Shown: positions 1 to 9,746, numbered from the stretch's first letter. The stretch: DNA of 29,146 nucleotides from Methanocellales archaeon (GCA_038850285.1 JAWCMA010000002.1:11905-41050), one strand, 5' to 3'. The notes: generated by a model not told the origin, from the letters alone. Made by a program: numbers and translations.

Positions 1-551
1 GCAGCTAATAGCATGCCGGTTTTCTTGCGCACCATTTCCAGATATTCCCTTATACTCACTGTTTCGCGCTTTTCAAAATCAAGGTCAAGCCACTGTCCTT
101 CGCAGATCTCAGTAAGTGCTCTTGAGAGAATATCGATGCTGGCGACGATTCTCTTTGGCTCAGCTTTTGATTTAGCTAGGATCTCAAAGGCCTTGCAGCA
201 AAGAGTATCGCCTGCGAGGATTGCACTTGAGGTATCCCATTTCACGTGCACAGCGGGCATGCCTCGCCTGAGCTCGTCTTCGTCCATTATATCATCGTGT
301 ATTAAAGTGAAGTTATGCACAAGTTCAACTGCAACTGCAGCAGGTATCACATTTTCTAAATCACCTAGCACTGCCTCTGCAGCGAGCATGAGCATTACAG
401 GTCTCAATCTCTTCCCTCCTGCATCAAGCAAGTGCCTGGAAGCTTTATAGAGCTCTTCGGGATGGGAGATGGGGAGATATTTTTTAATTGCTTTATCGAC
501 AAGTGCTGCTCTCTTTTTGACTTCAGCTTTTAAATCAAGTTCTTCTTCCAC
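1..551 (-). CDS. idsA: Geranylgeranyl diphosphate synthase / polyprenyl synthetase, 5' part (runs off window start)
   Basis: Manual translation from GTG at 551 (GGTGA Shine-Dalgarno upstream): MEEELDLKAEV...GGKRLRP...ELVHNFTLIHDDIMDEDELRRG...EICEGQWLD...KKTG. Contains the first Asp-rich motif; last gene of the isoprenoid operon. Absent from the ORF track because it is partial. Confidence 0.93.
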   Translation of the reverse strand, partial: MEEELDLKAEVKKRAALVDKAIKKYLPISHPEELYKASRHLLDAGGKRLRPVMLMLAAEAVLGDLENVIPAAVAVELVHNFTLIHDDIMDEDELRRGMPAVHVKWDTSSAILAGDTLCCKAFEILAKSKAEPKRIVASIDILSRALTEICEGQWLDLDFEKRETVSIREYLEMVRKKTGMLLA

Positions 552-559
552 AGTTTCAC

Positions 560-1903
560 CTACTCAAGAATCAATTCCTGGCCATTTCTCAGAACATGCA
601 GGGTATCCCCGAGGGTATAGCCTGCTTCCTCAGCCATTTCTGCATAGGAACTATTCATATATATATCCCCGTGGGAGGGAATTACATTCTCAGGGCTAAC
701 TATTCGCAGCAATTCCCAGTGATCCTCTCTATACGCGTGCCCTGATACGTGGACATTGGTATATATCCGCGCGCCTTTCATTCTAAGTTTTGTTTCAATT
801 GCATATCTATTGGCTTCATTCACTGGATTTGGTATTACATTCGCTGAAAAGACCACTCTATCGTCAGGCTCGATTTTAAAGGGGGATTCGCCGTTTGCAA
901 TTCTATTGAGCACAGAGCCAGGCTCGCCTTGGTGCCCTGTGACTATTAAAAGATAATTGGCTTTTCCCCCCTCCATTATTTTATTTAGCATTCGATCTAT
1001 ATCTTTCTTATCCCCGCAGATCTTAACTTCCTTTTGCTCGAGATAGCCCATTTTAATAGCTGTGCCGTAGTATCTCTCCATGGATCTCCCCAACAGCACA
1101 GGTATTCTCCCCATTTCCCAAGCGGCTTCCACAATGGATTTGATCCGTGCTATGTGCGAGGAGAAAGTGGTTACTATTATCCCGGTTTTTATGTCTTCCA
1201 CTCCCAACAATGCATCATATATTAGATCTCTTGCCACGCGCTCGGAGGGAGTTTTTCCAGATCTGCTGGCATATATGGTTTCAGTTATCATAGCAATCAC
1301 TCCTTGTTTTGAAAGTTCTTTGAGGCGAGAAGTATTAGGCGGTTCGCCGAGCACTGGCAAGCGATCGAGTTTGAAGTCATTTGCATATAGCAATATTCCC
1401 TCAGGGGTATGCAGTGCCACGAATACGCAGTCAATTATACTATGCTGTACTCTTATGAACTCAGCTTGAATATCTGGGCTAATTTGATAGAACTCCCCTG
1501 CTTTAAGTGGAATAACTTTATTTTCCACGCCAAATTTCTTCTCAGCAGTGATCTCCTGCTCTATAAGTGCTGCAGTATAAGGCGTGGAGATAATTGGAGC
1601 TGCATAGCGATGGGCAAGCTTGGGCACCGCTCCAATGTGATCTAGGTGTCCATGAGTGCAGATGATTGCTTTGACCTTTCCAGCTATGTCTTTTATAAAG
1701 CCATCATCTGGAATGGCACCTATTTTTATTAAATCTATGGAGTGGATTTTTTCGATCTCCACATCCTCGTGAATCATAACTCTATCTAGCCTAAGTCCCA
1801 TGTCGAAGATCACGGCTTCATCGCCAATTCTAACTGCAGTCATGTTTCGGCCTACTTCATCGTAGCCTCCCACTGCTATTATCCCAATTTCAGCCAACTC
1901 CAT
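560..1903 (-). CDS. rnj: Ribonuclease J (metallo-beta-lactamase/beta-CASP)
   Basis: GGYDEVGRNM N-terminus, THGHLDH metal motif, HVSGHA and PSHGD motifs; usual position between fni and idsA. Confidence 0.93.
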   Translation of the reverse strand: MELAEIGIIAVGGYDEVGRNMTAVRIGDEAVIFDMGLRLDRVMIHEDVEIEKIHSIDLIKIGAIPDDGFIKDIAGKVKAIICTHGHLDHIGAVPKLAHRYAAPIISTPYTAALIEQEITAEKKFGVENKVIPLKAGEFYQISPDIQAEFIRVQHSIIDCVFVALHTPEGILLYANDFKLDRLPVLGEPPNTSRLKELSKQGVIAMITETIYASRSGKTPSERVARDLIYDALLGVEDIKTGIIVTTFSSHIARIKSIVEAAWEMGRIPVLLGRSMERYYGTAIKMGYLEQKEVKICGDKKDIDRMLNKIMEGGKANYLLIVTGHQGEPGSVLNRIANGESPFKIEPDDRVVFSANVIPNPVNEANRYAIETKLRMKGARIYTNVHVSGHAYREDHWELLRIVSPENVIPSHGDIYMNSSYAEMAEEAGYTLGDTLHVLRNGQELILE

Positions 1904-3010
1904 CTACCTCGTGGAATAGTGCTTTATGTCAAATCCCCTCTGCTCTAGAAATTCTCTGGTTTTGCTGGTTATCACTAGCTGGGCTTTCTTCAAATCATTT
2001 ATGGAGGCACATCCGCTTAGGAACATTGCCACTTTAAGCTCTTCCATTATTAGCTTGAGTTTCTCAATCACAGCTCTCTCACCCTGGAGCGCGGGCTTGA
2101 GAAGTGGTAGTGCAATTCCGCAGAGTGAGGCACCTAGAGCAATTGCCTTTGCAGCATCCAAGCCTGATCTTATCCCCCCTGTGGCAATAATGGGAATATC
2201 CTCGCTAACTTTTGCTTCCACGATGCTAACCGCAGTTGGAATGCCCCAGTTCCAGAATAACTTGCCAAGGCTTTCTCTAACTCCATTTTTCTCAGCAACT
2301 GCTCTATAATATTCCACTCCTGCGAAACTAGTACCACCTAAACCTCCCACGTCGATCGCAGCCACCCCAGCTTTTTTCAATTCCCAAGCAATTTTATGGG
2401 AGATCCCAGCACCGGTTTCCTTGACCATTATGGGTACTTTGCTGGCTTTGCAGATCTCCCTAATTTCTGCGAGCACGCCTCTAGCGTTTACATCTCCTTC
2501 AAGTTGAATTGCCTCCTGCAGGAAATTGAGGTGAATTGCCATTGCATTTGCATCTATCATTTCCACTGCTCTTTCAATTCCCTCAATTCCATATTTCCTC
2601 AGCTGGGCAGCGCCGAGGTTGCCATATATAAAAACACTGGGAGCATAATCTCGAACCACTCTATAGGTATCCTCTAGACTGCTGTTCTCCAACGCGGCCC
2701 TTTGGCTTCCAACGCCTATGCCTATTCCCAGTTCTTCAGCTGCTTTAGCAAGGGCAATGTTTATTTTTTTAGTATCAGCGTGCCCCCCTGTCATTGAAGC
2801 TATGAGCAGTGGTGCTTTGAATCCGTGACCTAGGAATTTTGTGGAATATTCAATCGCTTCTTTATCCACCTCTGGAAGTGCATTGTGAATTAGATATATA
2901 TCCTCAAATCCACTCCACTTTGACTCGACTTCTTTCTCAGCGCAGATATATATATGCTGAATTTTACGATTTGAGGTCTCGCGTGCTATATCTCGGGCTA
3001 TATTATTCAC
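1904..3010 (-). CDS. fni: Type 2 isopentenyl-diphosphate delta-isomerase (FMN-dependent)
   Basis: RKxxH, SMTGG, GVGSQR, HLNFLQE, VKETGAG and GGTSF motifs; isoprenoid operon context. Confidence 0.96.
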   Translation of the reverse strand: MNNIARDIARETSNRKIQHIYICAEKEVESKWSGFEDIYLIHNALPEVDKEAIEYSTKFLGHGFKAPLLIASMTGGHADTKKINIALAKAAEELGIGIGVGSQRAALENSSLEDTYRVVRDYAPSVFIYGNLGAAQLRKYGIEGIERAVEMIDANAMAIHLNFLQEAIQLEGDVNARGVLAEIREICKASKVPIMVKETGAGISHKIAWELKKAGVAAIDVGGLGGTSFAGVEYYRAVAEKNGVRESLGKLFWNWGIPTAVSIVEAKVSEDIPIIATGGIRSGLDAAKAIALGASLCGIALPLLKPALQGERAVIEKLKLIMEELKVAMFLSGCASINDLKKAQLVITSKTREFLEQRGFDIKHYSTR

Positions 3011-3785
3011 CTCTGATTAACGTACCAAAATTCTCCTCGCCGCTTAAAAAAGCTTCTACATTTCCCCTTTTAGCTGCACTGAATATTCTCGATTTAATCC
3101 CTGCTTTCGCGAGACCCATGAGCGCTTCAACCTTGCCAAGCATGCCCCCGGTTACATCGATGACATTTGAATCCTTAAAAAGTTTCCTTAGTATTTTAAA
3201 TGAATTGGGCGTTAGCTCTGGAATTAAAACGCCTTTGTGATCAAGCACTCCCTCGACATCGGTACCTAAGCCAATTTGCTTGGCTTTGAATTGCTTCGCT
3301 AGGTATACCACTATTTCATCGCCAGATAGAATACCCACGCCTTTTTTAACATCCATAGCTACATCGCCGTGGAGCACTGGTAAAATACCTCTCTGCAGCA
3401 TCGTTTCTATCACTTTATATTCAAATGAAGCTATCCTTCCATTTTTTAAAGTTGCACAGGAAAATGGATGCACTGGCGCGGCTTTTATGCCTTGTTCTAA
3501 GAGTGCTTTAATGAAGCAATCATTTAAATTCCTCACTGCCTCGTGAGTTATCAGTACTCCTAAGAAGTTTTCATCCCTCAAGCCCTGATTTAGCTTAAAA
3601 GCCCTGGCTTGGGGATGGCCATATGAACCTGCGCCGTGGATGAGTATCAAATTTTCAGATTTCACAGCAATTTCTCCCGCGATTCTCTTGATCTCCTCTA
3701 GCTTAACCCCGCCTGCAGTCTTCTTCTCGGTGAGCACGCTGCCCCCGATTTTTAAAATCCTCAGCCCTCTTCCCCCTTCCTTCAT
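3003..3785 (-). CDS. ipk: Isopentenyl phosphate kinase (amino-acid kinase family)
   Basis: LKIGGSVLT, HGAGSYGH, PVLHGD, SGD and DVTGGMLGK motifs; lies between mvk and fni; ATGA overlap with the mvk stop. Confidence 0.92.
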   Translation of the reverse strand: MKEGGRGLRILKIGGSVLTEKKTAGGVKLEEIKRIAGEIAVKSENLILIHGAGSYGHPQARAFKLNQGLRDENFLGVLITHEAVRNLNDCFIKALLEQGIKAAPVHPFSCATLKNGRIASFEYKVIETMLQRGILPVLHGDVAMDVKKGVGILSGDEIVVYLAKQFKAKQIGLGTDVEGVLDHKGVLIPELTPNSFKILRKLFKDSNVIDVTGGMLGKVEALMGLAKAGIKSRIFSAAKRGNVEAFLSGEENFGTLIRGE

Positions 3786-4687
3786 TTAATCATTACCCCG
3801 GTATTAGTTGCTCTGGTTTCAATGGCTTTACAGCCTAGAGAGGAGATGGCTGAGATTATCTCTTGCACGCGTGCTCTCGAGCAAATTGCAATCATACATC
3901 CACCGCCCCCTGCACCAGTGAGCTTCGCCCCGTAGGCACCTGCTTTTCTCGCGGCACTGCACATCGCTGAGAGCTGCTCGGTGCTAACTCCTAGGGCTTC
4001 AAGCAAACCTTGATTCATATTCATCAGCCTTCCAACTGCTTGATAATCAGCTCTCTCTAGATATCGCAATCCAATTTTTGAAATACTGCCTATGGTTTTA
4101 ATTATCCCTTGAGCTATCTCAGGGTATTCCAAGTTCAAATTTCTAACTCTAGCTATCATTTCTTTGGTTGAAGAGGGCTTGTTGGAATCTCCAATTACCA
4201 TGCCTACATCGATAGCGCTGAGCCGCTTTCGCTCTGGGATTACCACTATTCCTCCAAATGTGGATACATAGGTATCCGTTGGGCTTGCCGCGCCTTGAAC
4301 TTCATATTCCACTTCATGCCCAAGTTTGGCTATTTCCTCCAAGTTAAGTCCTAATTTAAATTCGGCATTGAGCGCAGCTAGGGTTGCAACTGTAACTGCA
4401 GCTGAAGATCCAAGATGTGCCTCTACTGGAATTTGAGATTTTATTTCAATTTTAATTTTACTGGAGATCTTTTTGAATTCATTGATTCTCTCGATTGCTT
4501 TAACTACATATGGATAGCTCTCGGCTTTATAATTGGAGAGAATTATGGGTTCAAAAGCCCCTGGGCTCTGCACTTCCACCTTAACCCTAGTTCTCAAATC
4601 AATGGCACAGGCAACTGCATTTTCACCATATACAACCGCATGCTCCCCGAAAAAATAGATCTTCCCAGGAGCTGAGCAGATCTTCAT
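3782..4687 (-). CDS. mvk: Mevalonate kinase (GHMP family)
   Basis: SAPGKIYFFGEHAVVYG, LGSSAA and KLTGAGGGGC motifs. Confidence 0.95.
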   Translation of the reverse strand: MKICSAPGKIYFFGEHAVVYGENAVACAIDLRTRVKVEVQSPGAFEPIILSNYKAESYPYVVKAIERINEFKKISSKIKIEIKSQIPVEAHLGSSAAVTVATLAALNAEFKLGLNLEEIAKLGHEVEYEVQGAASPTDTYVSTFGGIVVIPERKRLSAIDVGMVIGDSNKPSSTKEMIARVRNLNLEYPEIAQGIIKTIGSISKIGLRYLERADYQAVGRLMNMNQGLLEALGVSTEQLSAMCSAARKAGAYGAKLTGAGGGGCMIAICSRARVQEIISAISSLGCKAIETRATNTGVMIK

Positions 4688-4696
4688 TAAAAAACC

Positions 4697-5497
4697 TCAT
4701 TTAATCGCGATCGCATCATAGCCCACGACTTCAGAGCGATCTGGGATTATATCTCCACTGGTGCCATATTTCAAAAGCTCCCCCTTCTTCGCCCCCAGAT
4801 TTTTACTTGCTTGAATGAGCGCGGCAATTGCACCATATCCACATACAGTTGCATTTTTTTCATAAAGCCTTTTATAGAACTCCAGTATATCTAAATTCAA
4901 AATAGCTTCGATGAAGTACTTATCTTTAGCTCTCGCCACTTCCTCTGGCTCATAGTGGGTGAAATCGCTTGATGCTAGTATTATTACCTTTTTCCCGGTT
5001 TTTTTCACCGCCTCACTTACCTCATTGCCGATTTCCATAGCACTCATTTCATCCTGCAGAGCTATGCAGATTGGTACAATTTTAAAATCCTTGAATATGT
5101 GCTGGAGAAATGGCAGTTGCACTTCAAGGGAATGCTCATATCTATGGGCATCTTCATCTTTATCTATGATCTCAAGCGGCATAGCATTTATGAAATCAAG
5201 GTCGACCTCTACCTCGCCTAAGGGCGTGCTCCACTTCTCAGTGGAAACCGCAGCCCCTGAGCCTCGACCGCGGTGATTGGGACCGATTATTACATATGTC
5301 TCAGCTCTTGGAAGTGCTTTATACGCATAAGCTGCCACTGGGCCTGAGAACATATAGCCAGCGTGGGGCACAACTGCACCTATGCAGGGCATCTGGGAAA
5401 CATTTGCCCTAGATAAATGCTCCTCTATTTCTCGCACAAGCTGTTCCCTTCTATAGGGATAGAACTGCCCTGCAACTGCTGGTCTCCTCATTGCCAT
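4697..5497 (-). CDS. MEMO1 family protein (AmmeMemoRadiSam protein B-like)
   Basis: RRPAVAGQFYP, PHAGY, GPNH, EHSLEVQLPFLQ, ASSDFTHY and CGYG motifs; usual position between rps2 and mvk. Confidence 0.92.
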   Translation of the reverse strand: MAMRRPAVAGQFYPYRREQLVREIEEHLSRANVSQMPCIGAVVPHAGYMFSGPVAAYAYKALPRAETYVIIGPNHRGRGSGAAVSTEKWSTPLGEVEVDLDFINAMPLEIIDKDEDAHRYEHSLEVQLPFLQHIFKDFKIVPICIALQDEMSAMEIGNEVSEAVKKTGKKVIILASSDFTHYEPEEVARAKDKYFIEAILNLDILEFYKRLYEKNATVCGYGAIAALIQASKNLGAKKGELLKYGTSGDIIPDRSEVVGYDAIAIK

Positions 5498-5529
5498 AAG
5501 TTTTCTATTAGCTTCATGCCTTATTAAGT

Positions 5530-6162
5530 TTACAATTCAGCTTCGAAGTCGGTAACTGAGTAATTGAAGAGCTGGGATTCCCCGCGTTCCCTTAGAACCT
5601 CTCTTGCAAGCAGCCAGTAAATAGTGGCAAGTGCCTTGCGCCCTTTGTTATTCGTTGGAATAACTAGATCGACATTTTGAATCATATTGTTGGTATCGCA
5701 AAGTCCTATCACTGGAATTCCAACCTCCACTGCTTCCTTCACAGCTTGGGCATCCCCAAGGGGATCGGTTACAATCAAGATATCTGGTTCGAAGTAATCG
5801 CGATAAGCTGGATTTGTCAGTGTTCCAGGAGTAAATCTACCAACTATGGCTCTTGCTCCAATAGCTTTAGCAAGCATCTCAGCTGGCTTCTGGCCATACT
5901 GCCTCGCGGATACAATTAAGATCTTAGCGGGATTGTATTTCGCAAGCAGCTTAGCCGCTACCCTTATTCTTTCATCGGTTGCTTGAACATCGAGTACATA
6001 TAATCCATCTGTTCTAACTCTATAAATGAATCGCATCATATCCCCTGTCTTCTGCTGCGTGCCAATATGCACGCCAGCCGCTAGATATTCATCTATGGGA
6101 ATGAGTGATTTATACTCAGCTTCTCTGAACTCAACCTCTTTTGCTTCCTTTTGAAATACCAT
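5530..6162 (-). CDS. rps2: 30S ribosomal protein uS2
   Basis: [34 protein letters not shown]; GAGGTGA Shine-Dalgarno before the ATG. Confidence 0.97.
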   Translation of the reverse strand: MVFQKEAKEVEFREAEYKSLIPIDEYLAAGVHIGTQQKTGDMMRFIYRVRTDGLYVLDVQATDERIRVAAKLLAKYNPAKILIVSARQYGQKPAEMLAKAIGARAIVGRFTPGTLTNPAYRDYFEPDILIVTDPLGDAQAVKEAVEVGIPVIGLCDTNNMIQNVDLVIPTNNKGRKALATIYWLLAREVLRERGESQLFNYSVTDFEAEL

Positions 6163-6171
6163 AAAATCACC

Positions 6172-6429
6172 TCATTCTATCTCTTCCTCAACCGAGTCCA
6201 CTGCTTCCACAAATTCAATTTTTCGAACTGGGCGGTGAACTCTTTTGATTACCGTGGTTCGCTTAACAGTTATTGGAATAACGCCTTTTTCAAATTCAAG
6301 TTCTGCAATTTCAATTGGATCATCGAGCTTGGTCTTCACCAGTACAGGTGCCCCCATTGCTATTTGAAGTGCCCTCGCGCCAATGATTCTTGCTTTTTCA
6401 TAGCGTGTATATTTATTTTTTTCAATCAA
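6172..6429 (-). CDS. rpoK: DNA-directed RNA polymerase subunit K (Rpo6)
   Basis: [22 protein letters not shown]...IPITVKR. Start placed at TTG 6429 after GGAGCGTGA; the ORF-track ATG at 6501 is an alternative. Confidence 0.93.
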   Translation of the reverse strand: MIEKNKYTRYEKARIIGARALQIAMGAPVLVKTKLDDPIEIAELEFEKGVIPITVKRTTVIKRVHRPVRKIEFVEAVDSVEEEIE

Positions 6430-6565
6430 ATAATCACGCTCCAGAAAGAGTAATTGATGAAATGAAATGGAATCCTTCTTTCCCGATATCTCAGTCAACA
6501 TATCATTCCTTTTGCGGGTTTATTTATTAAGATGCTTTAGAGATATAAAGCTAGCTATTGCTTGC

Positions 6566-7195
6566 TTAATCTCTGAAGATTATCTTCAGAAAGATATCTA
6601 TCACCACTGCTAGTATGCCCACTATGAATATGGCATCGAAGATGCCTGCACCGCCTATTACTGCGAAGACAGTGCGTTTATGCTGAAAGTTGAGCACCTC
6701 TTGAATATGCAGAATATCAGCCCCTATTAATATTCCAATTGAGCCTGAAACATAAGAGCACGGGCCAGCTCGGCTCCACTTTTTCCTCGCAGCTAAAACC
6801 CCGATTAAGCTTGCAATTATAGCTGGGATGTGGTAACTGTAAAGCAGTATACCTCTCTCCGGGACTACTTCAGATAAACTGTATGCGAGATATGTAATAA
6901 TCGCTATGCCAAGCAAGCTCTCAATAACAGGTGCCCGGCCCTGCTCAAGCATTCTAAGGCATAGAAAGATGGGGATTACCGCGCCAGCTACATTTATGCC
7001 GATGAGGACATTTCCACTTTTAAACAATGGTATATCTGGAATGTATAGGTATAGCAAGATAGAGATGAAGAGAATGGTGGCCGTTTCAGCGAATGTAAAT
7101 CCAACGCTTCGGAAAGCAGCGAGAATGAAATATATAACGAGGGCAGCTAATGTAACTATAATTCCAAGAGAGGCAAGGGCTAAGATATCTACCAT
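6566..7195 (-). CDS. DUF1614-like polytopic membrane protein
   Basis: INVAGAVIP, G-I-LIGADILH and IGGAGIFDAIF resemble DUF1614 motifs as I recall them; several hydrophobic segments. Confidence 0.8.
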   Translation of the reverse strand: MVDILALASLGIIVTLAALVIYFILAAFRSVGFTFAETATILFISILLYLYIPDIPLFKSGNVLIGINVAGAVIPIFLCLRMLEQGRAPVIESLLGIAIITYLAYSLSEVVPERGILLYSYHIPAIIASLIGVLAARKKWSRAGPCSYVSGSIGILIGADILHIQEVLNFQHKRTVFAVIGGAGIFDAIFIVGILAVVIDIFLKIIFRD

Positions 7196-7202
7196 TGAAT
7201 CT

Positions 7203-7228
7203 CCAAAAATCGAAAAATCGAAAAAAAT
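7203..7228 (-). terminator. Possible oligo-T archaeal terminator after the small basic ORF
   Basis: Minus strand reads TTTTTTTCGATTTTTCGATTTTTGG directly after the stop codon. Confidence 0.4.
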
Positions 7229-7423
7229 TTATTTCTTGGCCTTTCCCTTGAAGCCGATTATACTCTTGGGCGAGCGCTTAATTCTATTTCTTATTCTTCC
7301 CTTTGAATCATAGCGCTGCGCTGGTCCAGGGCGCTTGTATACCATATCTTTTTTTGGTACAAGTCTGGTTTGGCCCTTTCTGCCCTTGATTTGAATCCAT
7401 TCAACGCTTCCAGTCTTGCCCAC
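7229..7423 (-). CDS. Small highly basic protein, DUF5350-like
   Basis: GKTGSVEWIQIKGRKGQTRLVP...KRPGPAQRY; GTG at 7423 follows a GAGGTGA Shine-Dalgarno; 21 K/R in 64 aa. Family name is from memory. Confidence 0.75.
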   Translation of the reverse strand: MGKTGSVEWIQIKGRKGQTRLVPKKDMVYKRPGPAQRYDSKGRIRNRIKRSPKSIIGFKGKAKK

Positions 7424-7496
7424 TATTTTCACCTCTAAGTTTCATTACTATTAAAGCAGGATGCTAATAAATATTGCGGGAGGAGAACTGATATTG

Positions 7497-7937
7497 CTAT
7501 TTACCTCTTACGGTTAGAACTGGAACTGAAGAGGTTCTCACCACTTTCTCTGCTACGCTGCCGATCATGAACTTGCTAATCCCACTTCTACCCATGGTGC
7601 CCATAACTATTAGGTCAAAGTCCTTCTCTTTAGCATATTCAACGATTTTCTTCGCAGGATTCCCCTCGAGCACCACTCCTTCGCAGGGAATTTTCTTTAG
7701 CTCAGCCATTAGTTTTACTTTCTGCACTGCTTCTTCTCCCCGTTTATGCAGTAAATCCACGATGTCTCTACCTGTATATTTTATTGCTGGTTCATATTCA
7801 TCTGGATTAACGACATATAATGCAATGAGCTTCGCTCCTGAAATACTAGCTATGGTAATTGCATAGTCAATAGCTCTTTCCACATTTCTCGATCCATCTG
7901 TGGCGATCAAAATTTTTTCAATAGCTGTCATTTTCAT
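7497..7937 (-). CDS. Universal stress protein (UspA family)
   Basis: KILIATDGS, GNPAKKIV and DLIVMGTMGRSGISKFMIGSVAEKVVR motifs. Confidence 0.93.
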   Translation of the reverse strand: MKMTAIEKILIATDGSRNVERAIDYAITIASISGAKLIALYVVNPDEYEPAIKYTGRDIVDLLHKRGEEAVQKVKLMAELKKIPCEGVVLEGNPAKKIVEYAKEKDFDLIVMGTMGRSGISKFMIGSVAEKVVRTSSVPVLTVRGK

Positions 7938-8012
7938 TTTGCCATGATTTGGATTACTATTAACATTTTCTGTTTAACTCTGCGACGTATGTGCTAATTT
8001 ATTGGAAAAAAG

Positions 8013-9251
8013 CTATTTGAACCATTGACTTATGTAGAATAAACCAGCAAGGGCTATTATTCCAAGGAAGAAGAGTCCAATGATCCAGAGTATTCTGCTG
8101 TATTTATCCACAAAGTGATTAACTGCAATTGTAACCGGTTCGGGATTGAAAAGGTTTTTCTCCCTTAGTTCTGAAAAAGTAAGATTCGCTAGGGGTGGGG
8201 AATCTGCTATAACTGGGCCATGCACTGCAGCCACAAGTTGAGGTGCCTCCTGCGCAATGCCATTGACAATTGCCATAATTCGAACTCTATCATCGAAGCC
8301 TTTGCGTATTCTCGCGCCCCAGATTACATTTGCATTTGGATCCAGTTCTCTGGTGAATTCCTCTGCAATATCATTGGCTTCTTCAAGCGTTAAATCCGGG
8401 CCTCCAATTATATGCAGCAGGCAGCCTTTTCCTCCTTTGATATCTATGTTCATAAGGGGATTTGAGAGCAAGCTTTTAACCACTTTCTGTGCTTTATCTC
8501 TACCCTTTGCCTCTCCAACCAAGAGCGTGCCCACTCCACCGAGTTCAGCAATTGCCTTAACATCGGCGTAATCAATGTTTATTAAAGATGGCTGAGTTAT
8601 GCTTTCTGAGATTCCTTTTATGGTATCTGCGATTAAATGATCCATTACATTCAAAGCTTGCTCAATGGGCTGATTGGGCACGAGTTTCACCAAGCCATCG
8701 TTGCTTAATACAATAACAGTATGAGCGTGCTCTTTCAACTTCTTCAAACCCATTTCAGCTATCTTAATTCTCCCCCGCTCAACCGCAAAAGGCATTGATA
8801 CCATGGCAATTACAATAGCGCCAATCTCTCTTGCAATCTGCGCCACTACAGGGGAAGCCCCAGTGCCAGTGCCGCCGCCCATGCCAGCAGTTATGAATAC
8901 AAGATCTGCTTTTCCTATTGCTCTAGCAATTGCCTCTTTACCCAACTCTGCACTTTTCTCAGCTATCTCAGGATTGCCTCCTGCGCCTAGCCCTTTGGTT
9001 AATGCACCTATTAAAACTTTTTTATCTGCTTGCACGATTTTCAAATGATTTGCATCAGTGTTTATCGCAATGGTTTCAGCTCCTGCTATGCCAAGACTAT
9101 GCAAGCGATTAACTGAATTATTACCCGCGCCGCCCACTCCTACAACTACAATTTTCGGTTGGCTGAAATCATCAAAATCCGATTCAGAAGTAGATTTATT
9201 TATTTGCTCCTTTTCAGAATGAACTATGGCTTCCTGCACAATCGCATCCAT
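8013..9251 (-). CDS. ftsZ: FtsZ (archaeal FtsZ2-type) with an atypical C-terminal transmembrane segment
   Basis: VGVGGAGNN, INTD, GLGAGGNP, GMGGGTGTG, T7 loop QPSLINIDYADV, NVIWGARI. Start placed at ATG 9251 after GGGGGA; the ORF track starts at TTG 9284. Confidence 0.93.
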   Translation of the reverse strand: MDAIVQEAIVHSEKEQINKSTSESDFDDFSQPKIVVVGVGGAGNNSVNRLHSLGIAGAETIAINTDANHLKIVQADKKVLIGALTKGLGAGGNPEIAEKSAELGKEAIARAIGKADLVFITAGMGGGTGTGASPVVAQIAREIGAIVIAMVSMPFAVERGRIKIAEMGLKKLKEHAHTVIVLSNDGLVKLVPNQPIEQALNVMDHLIADTIKGISESITQPSLINIDYADVKAIAELGGVGTLLVGEAKGRDKAQKVVKSLLSNPLMNIDIKGGKGCLLHIIGGPDLTLEEANDIAEEFTRELDPNANVIWGARIRKGFDDRVRIMAIVNGIAQEAPQLVAAVHGPVIADSPPLANLTFSELREKNLFNPEPVTIAVNHFVDKYSRILWIIGLFFLGIIALAGLFYISQWFK

Positions 9252-9388
9252 CACACATCCCCCGTCAATTTTTATATTGACCAATTAATTAATATGGCAT
9301 CAAACATATATATTTTGCGATGGAAAAAAGTATTTATTTCCTAAAAAGTGCTTTATTTCTCTGAAAAATCTGAAAAAACTTTTTCGAA

Positions 9389-9664
9389 TTATTTGCCTGC
9401 TTTAAGTGCTTTTATTTCTTCCTTCAGCTGCTCATCAGTTTTACCCTCAGTGCTTATACCCATTTCCCTAGCAAGCCTTCTAATCTCGCTCTCTTGAGCT
9501 GGCTTGTCAAGTGATTTCAATTCCAACTCAGCTTCTCTCTGAGCTTTCTTGAATTCACCCATAGATCTACCCATTGCTCTTGCAAGCTCAGGCAGCTTGG
9601 TGGCGCCGAAGAGCAATACAGCTACCCCCAATATCAATAGTATCTCTGTAGTGCCAATAGCCAT
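9389..9664 (-). CDS. tatA: Twin-arginine translocase subunit TatA
   Basis: IGTTEILLILGVAVLLFGATKLPELARAMGRSMGEFKKA; adjacent to tatC. Confidence 0.95.
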   Translation of the reverse strand: MAIGTTEILLILGVAVLLFGATKLPELARAMGRSMGEFKKAQREAELELKSLDKPAQESEIRRLAREMGISTEGKTDEQLKEEIKALKAGK

Positions 9665-9746
9665 TTTATGCCTCCTTTCAAAAACTTCTTGATTATTGGA
9701 TATAAATTTATCGCAAATATTATTTTAAATTATTTTAAGCTGTATA

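Noticed and set aside
13-450. 145-aa plus-strand ORF and the many other antisense ORFs in the track
   Set aside because: They are shadows of well-supported genes on the opposite strand (here idsA) and carry no motifs of their own.
5530-6429. No enolase between rpoK and rps2
   Set aside because: To my knowledge direct rpoK-rps2 adjacency also occurs in Methanomicrobia, so it is not remarkable.
6430-6565. Possible tRNA, C/D-box sRNA or uS2 leader upstream of rpoK
   Set aside because: No cloverleaf or T-loop consensus; only a poor C-box match and one short GAAAGA/TCTTTC pairing.
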